Notes under the pieces: generated by a model
What the model was told of the DNA's origin: nothing
The model's database searches: none
The model's input: the letters and a program-made list of their open reading frames with translations, nothing else
Assembly (NCBI GenBank): GCA_963514005.1
Contig: OY740808.1
Coordinates: 12,772,001 to 12,836,000, forward strand
Direction: 5' to 3'
DNA from: Raja brachyura
Lineage: Eukaryota
Length of the DNA stretch: 64,000 bases
Part shown: piece by piece, positions 1 to 10,760 of the stretch
How the letters are laid out: each line of letters starts with the position of its first letter
Numbering within the stretch: position 1 is the first letter of the stretch
Position numbers and translations under genes: made by a program

Positions 1-939
1 CAATTCATGAGATATACAAGACAAGCTCGGCCCTTGATTTAATAATTAGTTCACTGTTTCTTGAGTACAAAGAAGAAAATTAATTTTAAAACAGAGTTTA
101 CTTTTGTGTCGAGATCAGATTTATTGATTGTTTAAATGATTGTTTTGATCCAGTTCACAGATCTCACCTTCATGACAGAGAGAGAGAAAGAGAGGAAGAC
201 TGCACGTTAGATCACGTTAGATCACGTTAGAAAGATGCCAGGACTTTCGAGTTCCCCAAACCAGTTGTAGCAAACAGGAACCTGGAAGGGCAGAAATTCA
301 TATGACTTCTTATTATTAACCGCCGTCTATAACTGTTCAGGTTTAAAGAGGGTAAAGGTGTGAGATTTACTGCTTCATTAATATTTTCTCGTATTTTCTA
401 TAATAAAGATCGTGTTGGAACCAAAATAATCTATCTCCATTCAATCTCATTACAGTTCTCCAATCAACACCAAATTCTCAAGGCTTCTCTGATATTGCTC
501 AAAAAAGAGCAACATGGCTGTGATGATATCCTTGCCACACGTGATGGCTTCTGCTCTGACAACATTCAAGAAGTCCGACATTTTACAGGGTTAATTTTTT
601 ATTTCAATGACATAATCCCATCCTTTGTCTCTCTTTGCTACAAGCGCAACAAGCCCACGGTCTGCACCGTCTACACAATGCATTCTAATCAGTCCCCTTA
701 CGTACAATCTCAACAAATTGGTCACCAAGGCATTCAAGAACCAGACGCATAATTCATAAATTCATAAATTCATTGTTCTTGGAGCAGAATTATGCCATTC
801 GCTCCATCAACGCTACTCCGCCATTCAATCATGGCCGAACTATCTTAACCCCTCACCCCATTCTCATCCTATATCCGTACCCCTGTACCAATCAAGGATC
901 TCTGAACCTCCACTTTAAAATTATTAAATTATTAAAGAT

Positions 940-1930
940 GTAATTGCACCGTATTTGGAAAGCAATGAAGGGATCGGACAATGTCAGCAGGAATTTATGA
1001 AGGGGAAATCCTGCTTGACTAATCTTCTGGAAACTTTTGAGGATGTAACAAGTAGAATGGAAAAGGGAAAGCCAGTTGATGTATTGTCTCTGGACATTCA
1101 AAACGCCTTTGACAAGGTCCCACCCAAGAGATTAGTGTGCAAAATTAGAGCACATGGTTTTGGGAGCAGGGTATTGACACTGAATTGTGTCAGATTAGGA
1201 AAAGGTGAGGTGCAACGAGGCCTGGATTTCCTTGTACATCAGTCACTGAGTGTAAGCATGCAGGTACAGCAGGCAGTGAAGAAATGAAATGGCATGTTAG
1301 CCTTCATAATGAGAGGATGTGAGTATAGGAGCAAGGAGATCCTACTGCAGATGTACAGGGCCCCGATGAGACCACAACAGGATTATTGTGTGCAGTTTTG
1401 GTCCCCTAATTTATGGAAGGACATTTTTCCTATTGAGGGAGTGCCGCGTAAGTTCACCGGGTTAATTTCCGGGATGGTGGCAATGACATATGATGAAAGA
1501 ATGAGACGACTGGGCTTGAATTCACTGAAATTAGAAGGATGAGAAGGGATCTTATAGAAACATATAACATTCTGCAGGAATTGGACAGGCTAGATGCAGA
1601 TTTTCTTTCCCCGATGTTGGGGGTGAACAGAACCAGGTTAAGAATAAGGGGTAGGCCATTTGGGACTGAGGTGAGGAGAAACGTTTTCACAAAGTGAGTT
1701 GTGAATCTGTGGAATTCTCTGCCACAGAAGGCAGTCGGGGCCAATTCATTGGATGTTTTCAAGAGAGTTAGATTTAGATGTTGGGGCTAACGGAATCAAG
1801 GGATATGGGGGAAAATTCAGGAACGGAGTACTGATTATGGATGATTAGGCATGATCATATTGGATGGCGGTGCAGGCTCCAAGGGCCGAATGGCCTTCTA
1901 CTGCTCCTATTTTCTATGTTTCTATGTTTC
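940..1930 (+). mobile_element. CR1-type LINE, degraded RT fragment with 3' end
   Basis: [39 protein letters not shown]; (TTTCTATG)n tail at ~1910-1930. Confidence 0.9.
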
Positions 1931-1934
1931 TCTG

Positions 1935-2620
1935 TAAAAATATCCACGCCTCTCTATGGGAATTGATTTGAAAGATTCACCACTCCATGACTAAAAACAA
2001 TCCTCCTCATCTCCTTTCTAAAGATACGTCCTTTCATGCTGAGTCTATGGTCACTGGCCCCAGACTCTCCCACCAGTGGAACATCCTCTCCATGTTTACT
2101 CTATATAAGCCTTTCACTATTCGGTAAGTTTCAATGAGGTACTCCTTCATCCTTCAAAACTCCTGCGAATACAGACAAGCCCTGTGCTCTCAGCACATAT
2201 TATCCCATTTATTCCTGGGATCATTCTCGTAAACCTCCTCTGGACCCTCTCCAAAGCTAACACGTATTTCCTCAGATACGGGGCCTAAAACTGTGCATAA
2301 AAATCCAAATTCAGTCTGAGCAGTTCCTTATAAAACCTCAGCATTACATTCATGTATTGTCTTCTAGCCTTGTCGAAATAAATCCTAGCATTGCATTCAC
2401 ATTCCTTCCTACTGATTCGACTTGCACGTTAACTTTTTGGTAATCCTGCAACAGCACCCCCAAGTCCCTTTGTATCTCCGATTTGTGAATTATTTCCCCA
2501 TAGAAAATAGTCTATGCCTTTATTCCTGCTACCCAAATGTATGACTGCACACTTTGCTGTGCTGTATTCCATCTCCCACTACTCAGCTCACTCCCCCACC
2601 ATATCCAAATCCCTTCACAG
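1935..2620 (-). mobile_element. CR1-type LINE fragment
   Basis: Antisense CR1 ORF2 C-terminal region; paralogues at 21675-21985, 35668-36285 and 58095-58775. Confidence 0.75.
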
Positions 2621-3049
2621 TCCTGGAACTGCAGGTGCGTATTTGCATTGGGCGCTTGGTACAGAATCTGCCACCTATCCCGTGTCTCCAGAGTTTCTGC
2701 CTGGACATTGATTTACTTCAGCATTTTGTGTTTATCTTCTGCATAATAATGTAGTTGTCGGCAATGTATCTTCCAAGCACATTAACGCTTGGAATTATAT
2801 AATCTTTCACACTTCGTTGATCCAACCTTTGGATTTATAACATGAATGGCATCACAAGATTATAGTTGCTGAAGATAGACACAAAAAGCCAAAGTAGCTC
2901 AGCAGGTCAGACAGCATCAAGGTAGTTTATCAGCAGCTTCTCAATGGGAGATAGGGATAGGCGATCGATGCATTGACTGACCAACAATACATTAATCCCA
3001 AAAATAAATACATGGATAGGGAGGAATTTAGCTAAACAACTATAAACCG

Positions 3050-3256
3050 ACAGTAGACACAAAAATGCTGGAACAACTCAGCGAGTCGGGCTGCATCTCT
3101 GGAGAAAATTAATAGGTGATATTTCGGATCGGAAGCCTTCTTCAGACTGAAAGAGGTGGGGGTGCAAACTGTAAATGACAAGGCCAGAACAAATCAGGGC
3201 TGGCAACAGATGAGTTCAGGAAGGGTGGAGCCCATAATAGACCATTGTTGGCTGGG
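3050..3256 (-). mobile_element. Penelope-like element 3' region with degenerate hammerhead motif
   Basis: Minus strand CTGAAGA-aggcttccgatcc-GAAA-tatC; paralogues at ~22040 and ~40915 lie 3' of a GIY-YIG remnant. Confidence 0.65.
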
Positions 3257-3401
3257 NNNNNNNNNNNNNNNNNNNNNNNNNNNNNNNNNNNNNNNNNNNN
3301 NNNNNNNNNNNNNNNNNNNNNNNNNNNNNNNNNNNNNNNNNNNNNNNNNNNNNNNNNNNNNNNNNNNNNNNNNNNNNNNNNNNNNNNNNNNNNNNNNNNN
3401 N
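3257..3401. other. Assembly gap (145 N)
   Basis: Run of N. Confidence 1.
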
Positions 3402-4169
3402 CAATTTATTTTAATGTAATGCTAGTTGTCGTAATTCGGTTTGATAGGGGTGATACATCGGTCGCGAATTGGAAATAATTGCACCATCTGAGAGCCCAAG
3501 ATTGTACGTACATGGACATTCAAAGAAATTATTTTAAAAAACGATTAAAAATTAATTTTACGTTGCCCTGAGAAATAAAAATATACAATTAATAGCAAAG
3601 ATTATGGAAACCTCTGCTGTTTTTCTTTGGATCCACCATGTGAATAATCCACATTTATTTAGCAAATTGATGCTCAAACGGTCTTTGGCCGTGCATCGGG
3701 GTAATCCCTCGTTCCCGTTGCGTAAAGCCAACAAGCAGAGAATTGCAGAGAAACAGAGTGGTGGAGAGAAACAGAGAAAGGATGTACATGAGAGCGGAAA
3801 AGAAAATAAGATACAGAGCGGGGTCAGAGTGGAAGAGAAAGCAAGGTGAGAGGGAAAACGGTGTAGGAATTGGAATGGGCACCGTTGAGTTTAAAGCGGT
3901 GAGGGCGATATAAAGTACAGAAATTAACAAATGCATGGACAAAACAGGAACATTACAAACAAAACACACTCCTTTTCAGATTACAGATGCCCATGCACAG
4001 AAGTAATTGAACAATATTAATTATTATTTTGCTCTCAGCACATAACCTTGCAAATTATTAAATTGAGAACAAATTGGATGTGGTATATAAAAATACTTGA
4101 ATCATTTTATGTGAATAAAAGTGTCGAAATAGCAAAACAAATTTGAAAGCAAGACAAACAGATGGGTAA

Positions 4170-4350
4170 TGTACGGGCAGCATCTATGGAGCGAAGAAAT
4201 GGGTAACGTTTCGGGTCGAGACCCATCTTCACACTGATCTCGAAACGTCAACCATTCCTTCGCTCCATAGATGCTGCCTCACCCGCTGAGTTTCTCCATA
4301 TTTTGTCTGCCTTCGATTTTTCCATGCGTCTGCAGTTCTTTCTTTAAACG
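4170..4350. mobile_element. Inverted pair of Penelope-like terminal repeats (hairpin)
   Basis: Arms 4176-4213 and 4241-4278 are near-perfect reverse complements; paralogue at ~43510-43685. Confidence 0.65.
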
Positions 4351-5364
4351 TTAGGTAATGTCTACTTTAGTTACAATTATAAAAAAAGTCAGGAAAAAAA
4401 CACTGAAAACTCTCAACAGGTCAGCTAAGGTCATGGAAAGAGAACAGATTCAGCTGGCACCCGGTGATAGAGAGAAAAACTATTTCGTTTTCAGTGCCAG
4501 AAAAGGTTGGAAGGGGGTGGAGGGGGAGATGTCGAGCACACAGTTCCTCTGATAGATTTTAACTGGGTGAACTAGCCAGTTGCATGTACATTACCGTATA
4601 TTTAACTGTCGATCTATTTTCTTGTTAATGGAGAGGCAAAGGAACATGTTCTGCGGTACGGACTAAAAGTATAGAATAAAGAAAAAGGAGCCAAATAAGG
4701 ACGGGCAGAAATGACCAGCTCTGATAGAAGCAGGAGAAACGACTGAGTATCCTAAAATTAGGAAATTTGATTCTGAATCGGGATAGCTGTAACTCGTTAC
4801 AATAACAAGTTCACGTTCACAAGTTATAGGAGTAGAATTAGGCCATTCGGACAATCGAGTCTGCAGCGCACTCAATCATGGCTGATCTAAGCCTCCTGGT
4901 CTCATTTTCCTGCCTACTCCCCAAAACCCTTGAAACCGTTCTAATCAAGAATTTGTCTATCTCCACTTATCAAAAAAATCATAAGAAGCCGCACAGAAAG
5001 GCCGAAATTGAAGCTCTAGATTCAATTTACGGACTGAGTACGGGTGCTCCATTAAGCAATGCATGTTTGTTTCCTCGTATGTAAAGGAATGTGTACCGTG
5101 AACACAACACTGGAAGGGTCTTACGATCCCTGAACGGTAAGACGACGGTAAGAGGTGAAAGTACAGGCGTTGTATAATTCAATTACAAGGGTAAAAATCC
5201 CAGGTGATGCTTTTATAGAGCCTCACGCAGATTATGGAAACTGACGTTGGAAGGTCAATACCTCGAACATGGCATAAAAAACAAGAACATGGCATAAAAA
5301 AACGGCAATCGACAGATTCTTGAACATGGCGCTCATTAAGGTAACCTGGGGAACCAACGCACAA

Positions 5365-5491
5365 TCTGAAGAAGGGCCTCGACCCGAAGAGTCCGAAGAA
5401 GGGTCTGAAGAAGGGTCTCGACCCGAAACGTCGCCTATCTCCTTCGCTCCTTAGATGCTGCTGCACCCGCTGAGTTTCTCCAGCTTTTTGT
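5365..5491 (+). mobile_element. 127-bp Penelope-derived insertion with a 15-bp target-site duplication
   Basis: TSD GGAACCAACGCACAA at 5350-5364 and 5492-5506; paralogous empty sites at ~44935 and ~63540. Confidence 0.85.
5401..5436 (+). ncRNA. Minimal type I hammerhead ribozyme motif (Penelope-type)
   Basis: CTGAAGA 5405-5411, stem II GGGTC/GACCC 5413-5424, GAAA 5425-5428, palindromic ACGT helix III, cleavage triplet GTC ending at 5432. Confidence 0.65.
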
Positions 5492-6209
5492 GGAACCAAC
5501 GCACAAGGTTGCCAATGCCTTGTACGTGAGACCGCCCAAAACTATTGATACTAGAAGTGAAGGTTTGCAAGCATCGGTTCACAGGCTAACACACAAAGTA
5601 TCCACGTTGTGGTCAGTTGCTCAACATTGTTGGGAGCTGTGTGTGTGTAAGGGATGGCAGGGATGGTGTCCATATCCTTGGCGTACAGGTCCAAGACCAC
5701 TCTGCTGAAGCAAGCACTCTACTCTGAACTCTATTGTGCAATGATATTGTGCGGACAGAATAAATGTTTCAAGGGCATTTGACCATCCCCCCCCCCCCCC
5801 CCCCCCCCCCCCTCCTTCCACTCCCCTAATAAAGTGTAACAGTGTCCTTCGTTATCTTGCACAAATTTACATATTCTTAATCCTGTATCGGAACACTGTA
5901 GCCGTCTTGATTGTAGCAGGCCGGAACGCTCCCGGCAAGCAGCGGCTAACAAGCCAGTCTCGCCGGCCGTGGACCGACCTCGGAGGTCCCGACCGGTAAA
6001 CCCGCCGGGGTCTCCGGTGGGTTCGAGCGCTGACCCAGAGGCTCGTCGGCGTCCGCCCGAAATCTCGCGGTCGGCCGGACCTCGCCCGAAGGCTCGACAT
6101 CGACGGGCATCGAGAAACCGCCCGAAGGCTCGGCAGACGGCGTAAGCGGGAGGGAACAGGAGACGTCGGAAGCGAGGGGCAAAAACCAGTAGGAGGGTGA
6201 ACCGTGGTA

Positions 6210-6945
6210 ATGCCTCCGGCTCTCTAAGGAATTGAGTCCTAGTCTGCTCAAACTGTCCCCATAGCTAGGGACCTCGTGTCCCCATCTTCATAAAATTTAT
6301 CTTTACCTTTTCCAGCTTGACAACATTGTTCTTGTAACAAGGTGCCAAAAATTGAACGCAATATTCTAACTGCAGCCACACCAATGTATTATGCAACTGC
6401 AACATGGCATCCCAACTATACTTAATACTCTGACTGATAAAGGCCAAAGTAGCCAACCGAACAAGATCAAGATCCTGCTGCAATTTAAAAAAAAAACATC
6501 TTTACAATCAACAATCCAACCACCTTTGTGTCACCTGCAAACTTGTTGACTTTGCCATGTACCTTCACATCCAAATCATTGTCAGTGATTACAAACAGCA
6601 TTGGGCCCAGCGTCGAACTCCGAGGCACACCACTTGTCAGAGGCCTCCAGTCGGAAAACGAATCTTCCACCATCACCCTCTGCTTCCTACCTTGAAGCCA
6701 ATTTTATATCAATTCAGTTACCTCTCCTTGAAACACACGGGATCTAACGTTCCAGAGCAGCCTTCCATCCCCACCCTCATCAAATGCCTTACTAAAATTC
6801 ATGTATACAATTCTACAGATCTGCTTTCATGGACCTTTTTGGCCTCATCTTCAAAATCTCAATCAGATTCGTGACACACGACCTCCCCCGACCTCCCATA
6901 TTGACTATCCCAAATCAGTAATTGACCATCCAAATACATGTATGC
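6210..6945 (-). mobile_element. CR1-type LINE RT fragment
   Basis: DWRPLTSGVPRSSTLGP..KFAGDTK, LEYCVQF; paralogue at 46515-47040. Confidence 0.85.
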
Positions 6946-6949
6946 ATCA

Positions 6950-7745
6950 TCGGGTGGCAGCGTCGCCAGCAGCCCGTCTGTCCTTTCGAGTTTTTGTTGT
7001 TATTTTTAGTGCGTAGAAATGTATGATTTAATGTTTCTCGGTAAGTCTCATGTGGGGGGTCATGGGGGGAATAGGGGGAAAACCGGTTTCAGTCACTTAC
7101 CTCGACGGAGATGCGACTTTTCTCCGTGTCGCATCTTCGCCCCCCTCGCGACCTAACAACTGGTTTGGTGCAACCTTTCCAGAGTGGAGACCGGCCCAGA
7201 GCTTCAGCAGCATGCGCGGTGCGGGCTTATCATCGCGGAGCCTGTGATCGTTTGCCGAGGTTCGCCAGTATTGGAGCTCCGACCGCGGGTGACTGCTTAC
7301 TGCGGCGGTCTTCGGATATTCTAGCCGCGAGAGCGGCGTGAATTTACCATCGCGGAGCCTAGGGTCCCTTGCCTGGGATCGCCAGAAGAAGTACTCCGAC
7401 CGCTGGCCCATGGTCTTTAACATCGTGAAGCAGCGGTCTCCGGTAAGAAGCGACCAATTTCGGAAGTCCAAGCCGCAGAGTGTATTCTGATCTGTCCCGA
7501 CGTCGGGGTTTCAATCATCCCGATGAGAAGGCTTGTACATCGGGCGTCCATAGCGGCGACTGCGGAGGGTTCAAGGCCCCGACCACGGGTGAAAAAAGGA
7601 GGAAGATTGACTGAACTTTATCGCCTTCCATCACAGTGAGAAATGCCGATTCCACTGTGATGGAAGTTAATGTTAAACTCTATAGTGTGTTGGGCTCTTT
7701 TTACTTGTATGGCTGTATGGTAACTCAAATATCACTGTGTCTTAA
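6950..7745 (+). mobile_element. Probable non-autonomous Rex1/Babar-derived retroelement (CpG-rich, non-coding)
   Basis: GC-rich start followed by a T-rich tract like the Rex1 5' end at 37021; ends with aaatatcactgtgtcttaattg, resembling Rex1 3' UTRs; not seen in the other units. Confidence 0.45.
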
Positions 7746-7759
7746 TTGTCTATTGTCTA

Positions 7760-8385
7760 TGAGAAGGCAGGAACGGGGTACTGATTGGGGATGATCAGTC
7801 ATGATCACATTGAATGGCGGTGTTGGTTCGAAGGGTCAGATGGCCTACTCCTGCACCTGTTGTCTATTGTCCATTGTCCATTGCAGAAATGGTGGGGGCA
7901 GGATCGATTTTAACATTTAAAATAAAGTGGATAGGTATATGGACGGGAAGGGAATGGAGGGGTATGGTCTGAGTGCAGGTAGATGGGACTAGGGGAAAAT
8001 AAATGGTCGGCACGGCCTGGAAGGGCCGAGAAGGCCTGTTTCCGTGCTGTAATTGTTATATGGTTATATGGTTATATCGTTATTGATGGTTGTGACAATA
8101 AATGTGAACTTGAACTCTCCTGTCCCTCAGAATACTCACCAGTAACTTTCCGACCACAGATGTTAAGATCGCTAAAAATGTTGCTTCCAGCCTTTTCCTT
8201 GCACCCCTTCATGAATAGAGGCGCAACATTTGCCTCCCTACAGTCGTCCGGCACCTCGCCTGTATTTACCAGAAGACTCTGCAATGGATCCAGCAATTTC
8301 CCCTGTGGCTTCTCACAGTGTCCTAGGATGTATCTGATCAGGCCCTGGAGATTTGTCTATCTTAAACATGTAAGGACCTTCAGCA
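7760..8385. mobile_element. CR1 3' end fragments (+) followed by a CR1 RT fragment (-)
   Basis: CR1 3' UTR motifs with short tandem tails; minus ORF TGEVPDDCREANVAPLFMKG. Confidence 0.65.
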
Positions 8386-8743
8386 TATACAGTGCCCTCC
8401 ATAATGTTTGGGACAAAGACCCATCATATATTTATTACAATTTGGGATTTGTAATATGAAAAATTACATGTGGTTAAAGTGCACATTGTCAGATTTCTTT
8501 TAAAAGGCCATTTGTATACATTTTGGTTTCACCATGTGGAGATGACAGCTGTGTTTATACATAGTCTCCCTCATTTCAGGGCACCATAATGTTTGGGACA
8601 CAAGGATTCACAGGTGCTTATAATTGCACAGATGTCTTTAAATGCCTCCTTAATGCAGGTATAAGCGAGCTCGCAGCACCTAGTCTTTCCCCCACTCTTT
8701 CCATCATCTTTGGACAGTTTTATTGCTGTTTATCAACATGAGC

Positions 8744-10225
8744 CTGGGTAGACAGGTCCGTTCGTGTTGCCTTGAATGCTCACACCATTGCCTACAACTC
8801 TGGCCTGGCATCAGGAAACATGGACGTCTAAAAGGTAGATTCATAACGACTGCGAAGGGTGGTGAAGGACGCAAAAAGGAGGTACAGGGACAAGATGGAG
8901 TCACAGATGGAGCAGCAGGACACCAGACGCCAGTGGCAGGGGCTACAGACTATAACCAACTTCCGGAGCACCCCACCCTCATCCGCAAGTGCCGGCACCT
9001 CCCAGCTGATGATCTGAACTCCTTTTACGCTCGGTTCGAGATGGGCAACACCACCCCAGGTCTGCCGACTATCGACAATACTGCCAGGGGGCTGGTTATC
9101 GAAGCTGATGGGAGGAATGAGCACACATTCTCACTGTCCGAGCACGATGTGAGGAGGGCTCTGACACGGGTGAACATGGGGAAATCTGCAGGCCCTGATG
9201 GCATCTCGGAGCGAGTACTTAAGTCCTGTGCTATGCAGCTAGCTCAGTACAATATTCAACCTCTCCCTGGACGTCCGTAGTCCCTGCCTGCTTCAAAAAA
9301 TCCACCATTGTACCTGTACCAAAGAATGCCCCCCCAGCCTGTCTGAATGACTACCGTCCGGTGGCCCTAACCTCGGTAGTCATGAAATGCTTTGGGAGGC
9401 TGGTGTTGAAACACATCTGTGCCTTCCTCCCTCGCAATATGGACCAGTTACAATTTACATACCGTCCGAATAGATCCACGGACGATGCGGTCTCCCAGGT
9501 TTTGCACACCGCTCTCTCTCATCTTGACAGCCAGAAGGGGGGCTACGTGAGGATGCTGTTCATAGTCTTTAGTTCAGCCTTCAACATGATAGTCCCCACC
9601 AGACTGGCCGAGAAGCTACTGGAATTAGGGCTCAACACCCCCGTGTGTGCCTGGGTCCTGGACTTTATCACTGCCAGGCCCCAGGTAGTCAAGGTGGGAG
9701 AGATTACATCGAAGACCCTCACCCTGAGCACAGGATCCCCCCAGGGTTGCGTCCTCAGCCCCCTATTGTACTCCCTGTACACACATGACTGTGTGGCCAG
9801 GTTCAGCTCCAACTCGATAATCAAGTTTACTGATGACACCGTGGTGGTGGGCCTGATCTCAGACAATGATGAGAAGGCCTACCGGGAGGAGATAGCTGAT
9901 CTGGCACTGGTGTCAGGACAACAGCCTCCTCTTAAACATCAAAAAGATGAAGGAGCTGATCGTGGACTAGGAGGGCACATCATCCGAGGACGTACACAGA
10001 ATTGAGGATAAATGGGAATAGATAGGAATAAATAGGGTGAGCTGTTTTAAATACCTGGGAGTACACATCTCTGAGGATATGACATGGACATCACACGCTG
10101 GTGTTGTTGGTTGTTTGTTTGGGGTTTTTTTGCACAAAGTCCGAAAGCACTGCCACTTTTCATTTCACTGCACATCCCGTATGTGTATGTGATGAATAAA
10201 CTTCACTTGACTTGACTTGACTTGA
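8744..10225 (+). mobile_element. Rex1/Babar LINE (5'-truncated RT) inserted in the Tc1
   Basis: [45 protein letters not shown]; (CTTGA)n tail at 10206-10225. Confidence 0.9.
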
Positions 10226-10604
10226 GCACTAAACTTATGCCAATGAAAGTCAAAGAAGCCATTATGAGACTGAGAAACAATAATAAAACTGTTAGAGACA
10301 TCAGCCGAACTCTAGGCTTACCAAAATGAACTGTTTGGAACATCATTAAGAAAGAGAGGACTGGTAAGCTTACTAATTGCAAAGGGAATGGCAAGGCAAG
10401 GAAGACCCCCACAGCTGATGACAGAAGAATTGTCACTATAATAAAGACCAAACCCAATCATCTGTCCGACAGATCAGAAACACTCTTCAATAGTCAGGTG
10501 TGAATTTGTCAATGGCCACTGTCCACAAAAGACTTCAGGAACAGACATACAGAGGCTAAAGTGGAAAATAGGACGGCCAGGTTGCTGTTTGCCAAGAAAT
10601 ACTT

Positions 10605-10760
10605 AAACATTGAAACATAGAAACTTAGAAAATAAGTGCAGGAGGAGGCTATTCGGCCCTTCGAGATCGCACAGCCATTCTTTGAGATCATGGCTGATCG
10701 TCCCCTATCAAAAACCCGTACCTGCCTTCTCCCCATATCCCTTGATTCCTCTAGCCCCTG
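10605..10760 (-). mobile_element. CR1 3' end inserted in the Tc1 transposase
   Basis: AAACATAG-type tail repeats plus CR1 3' UTR in antisense. Confidence 0.75.

Noticed and set aside
203-230. 10-bp tandem repeat (CACGTTAGAT) as an array or regulatory element
   Set aside because: Only about three copies, no spacers, single copy in the paralogue; local slippage. No CRISPR-like array anywhere in the window.
360-752. 130-aa ORF
   Set aside because: No recognisable motif; the paralogue at ~19790-20180 has an early stop.
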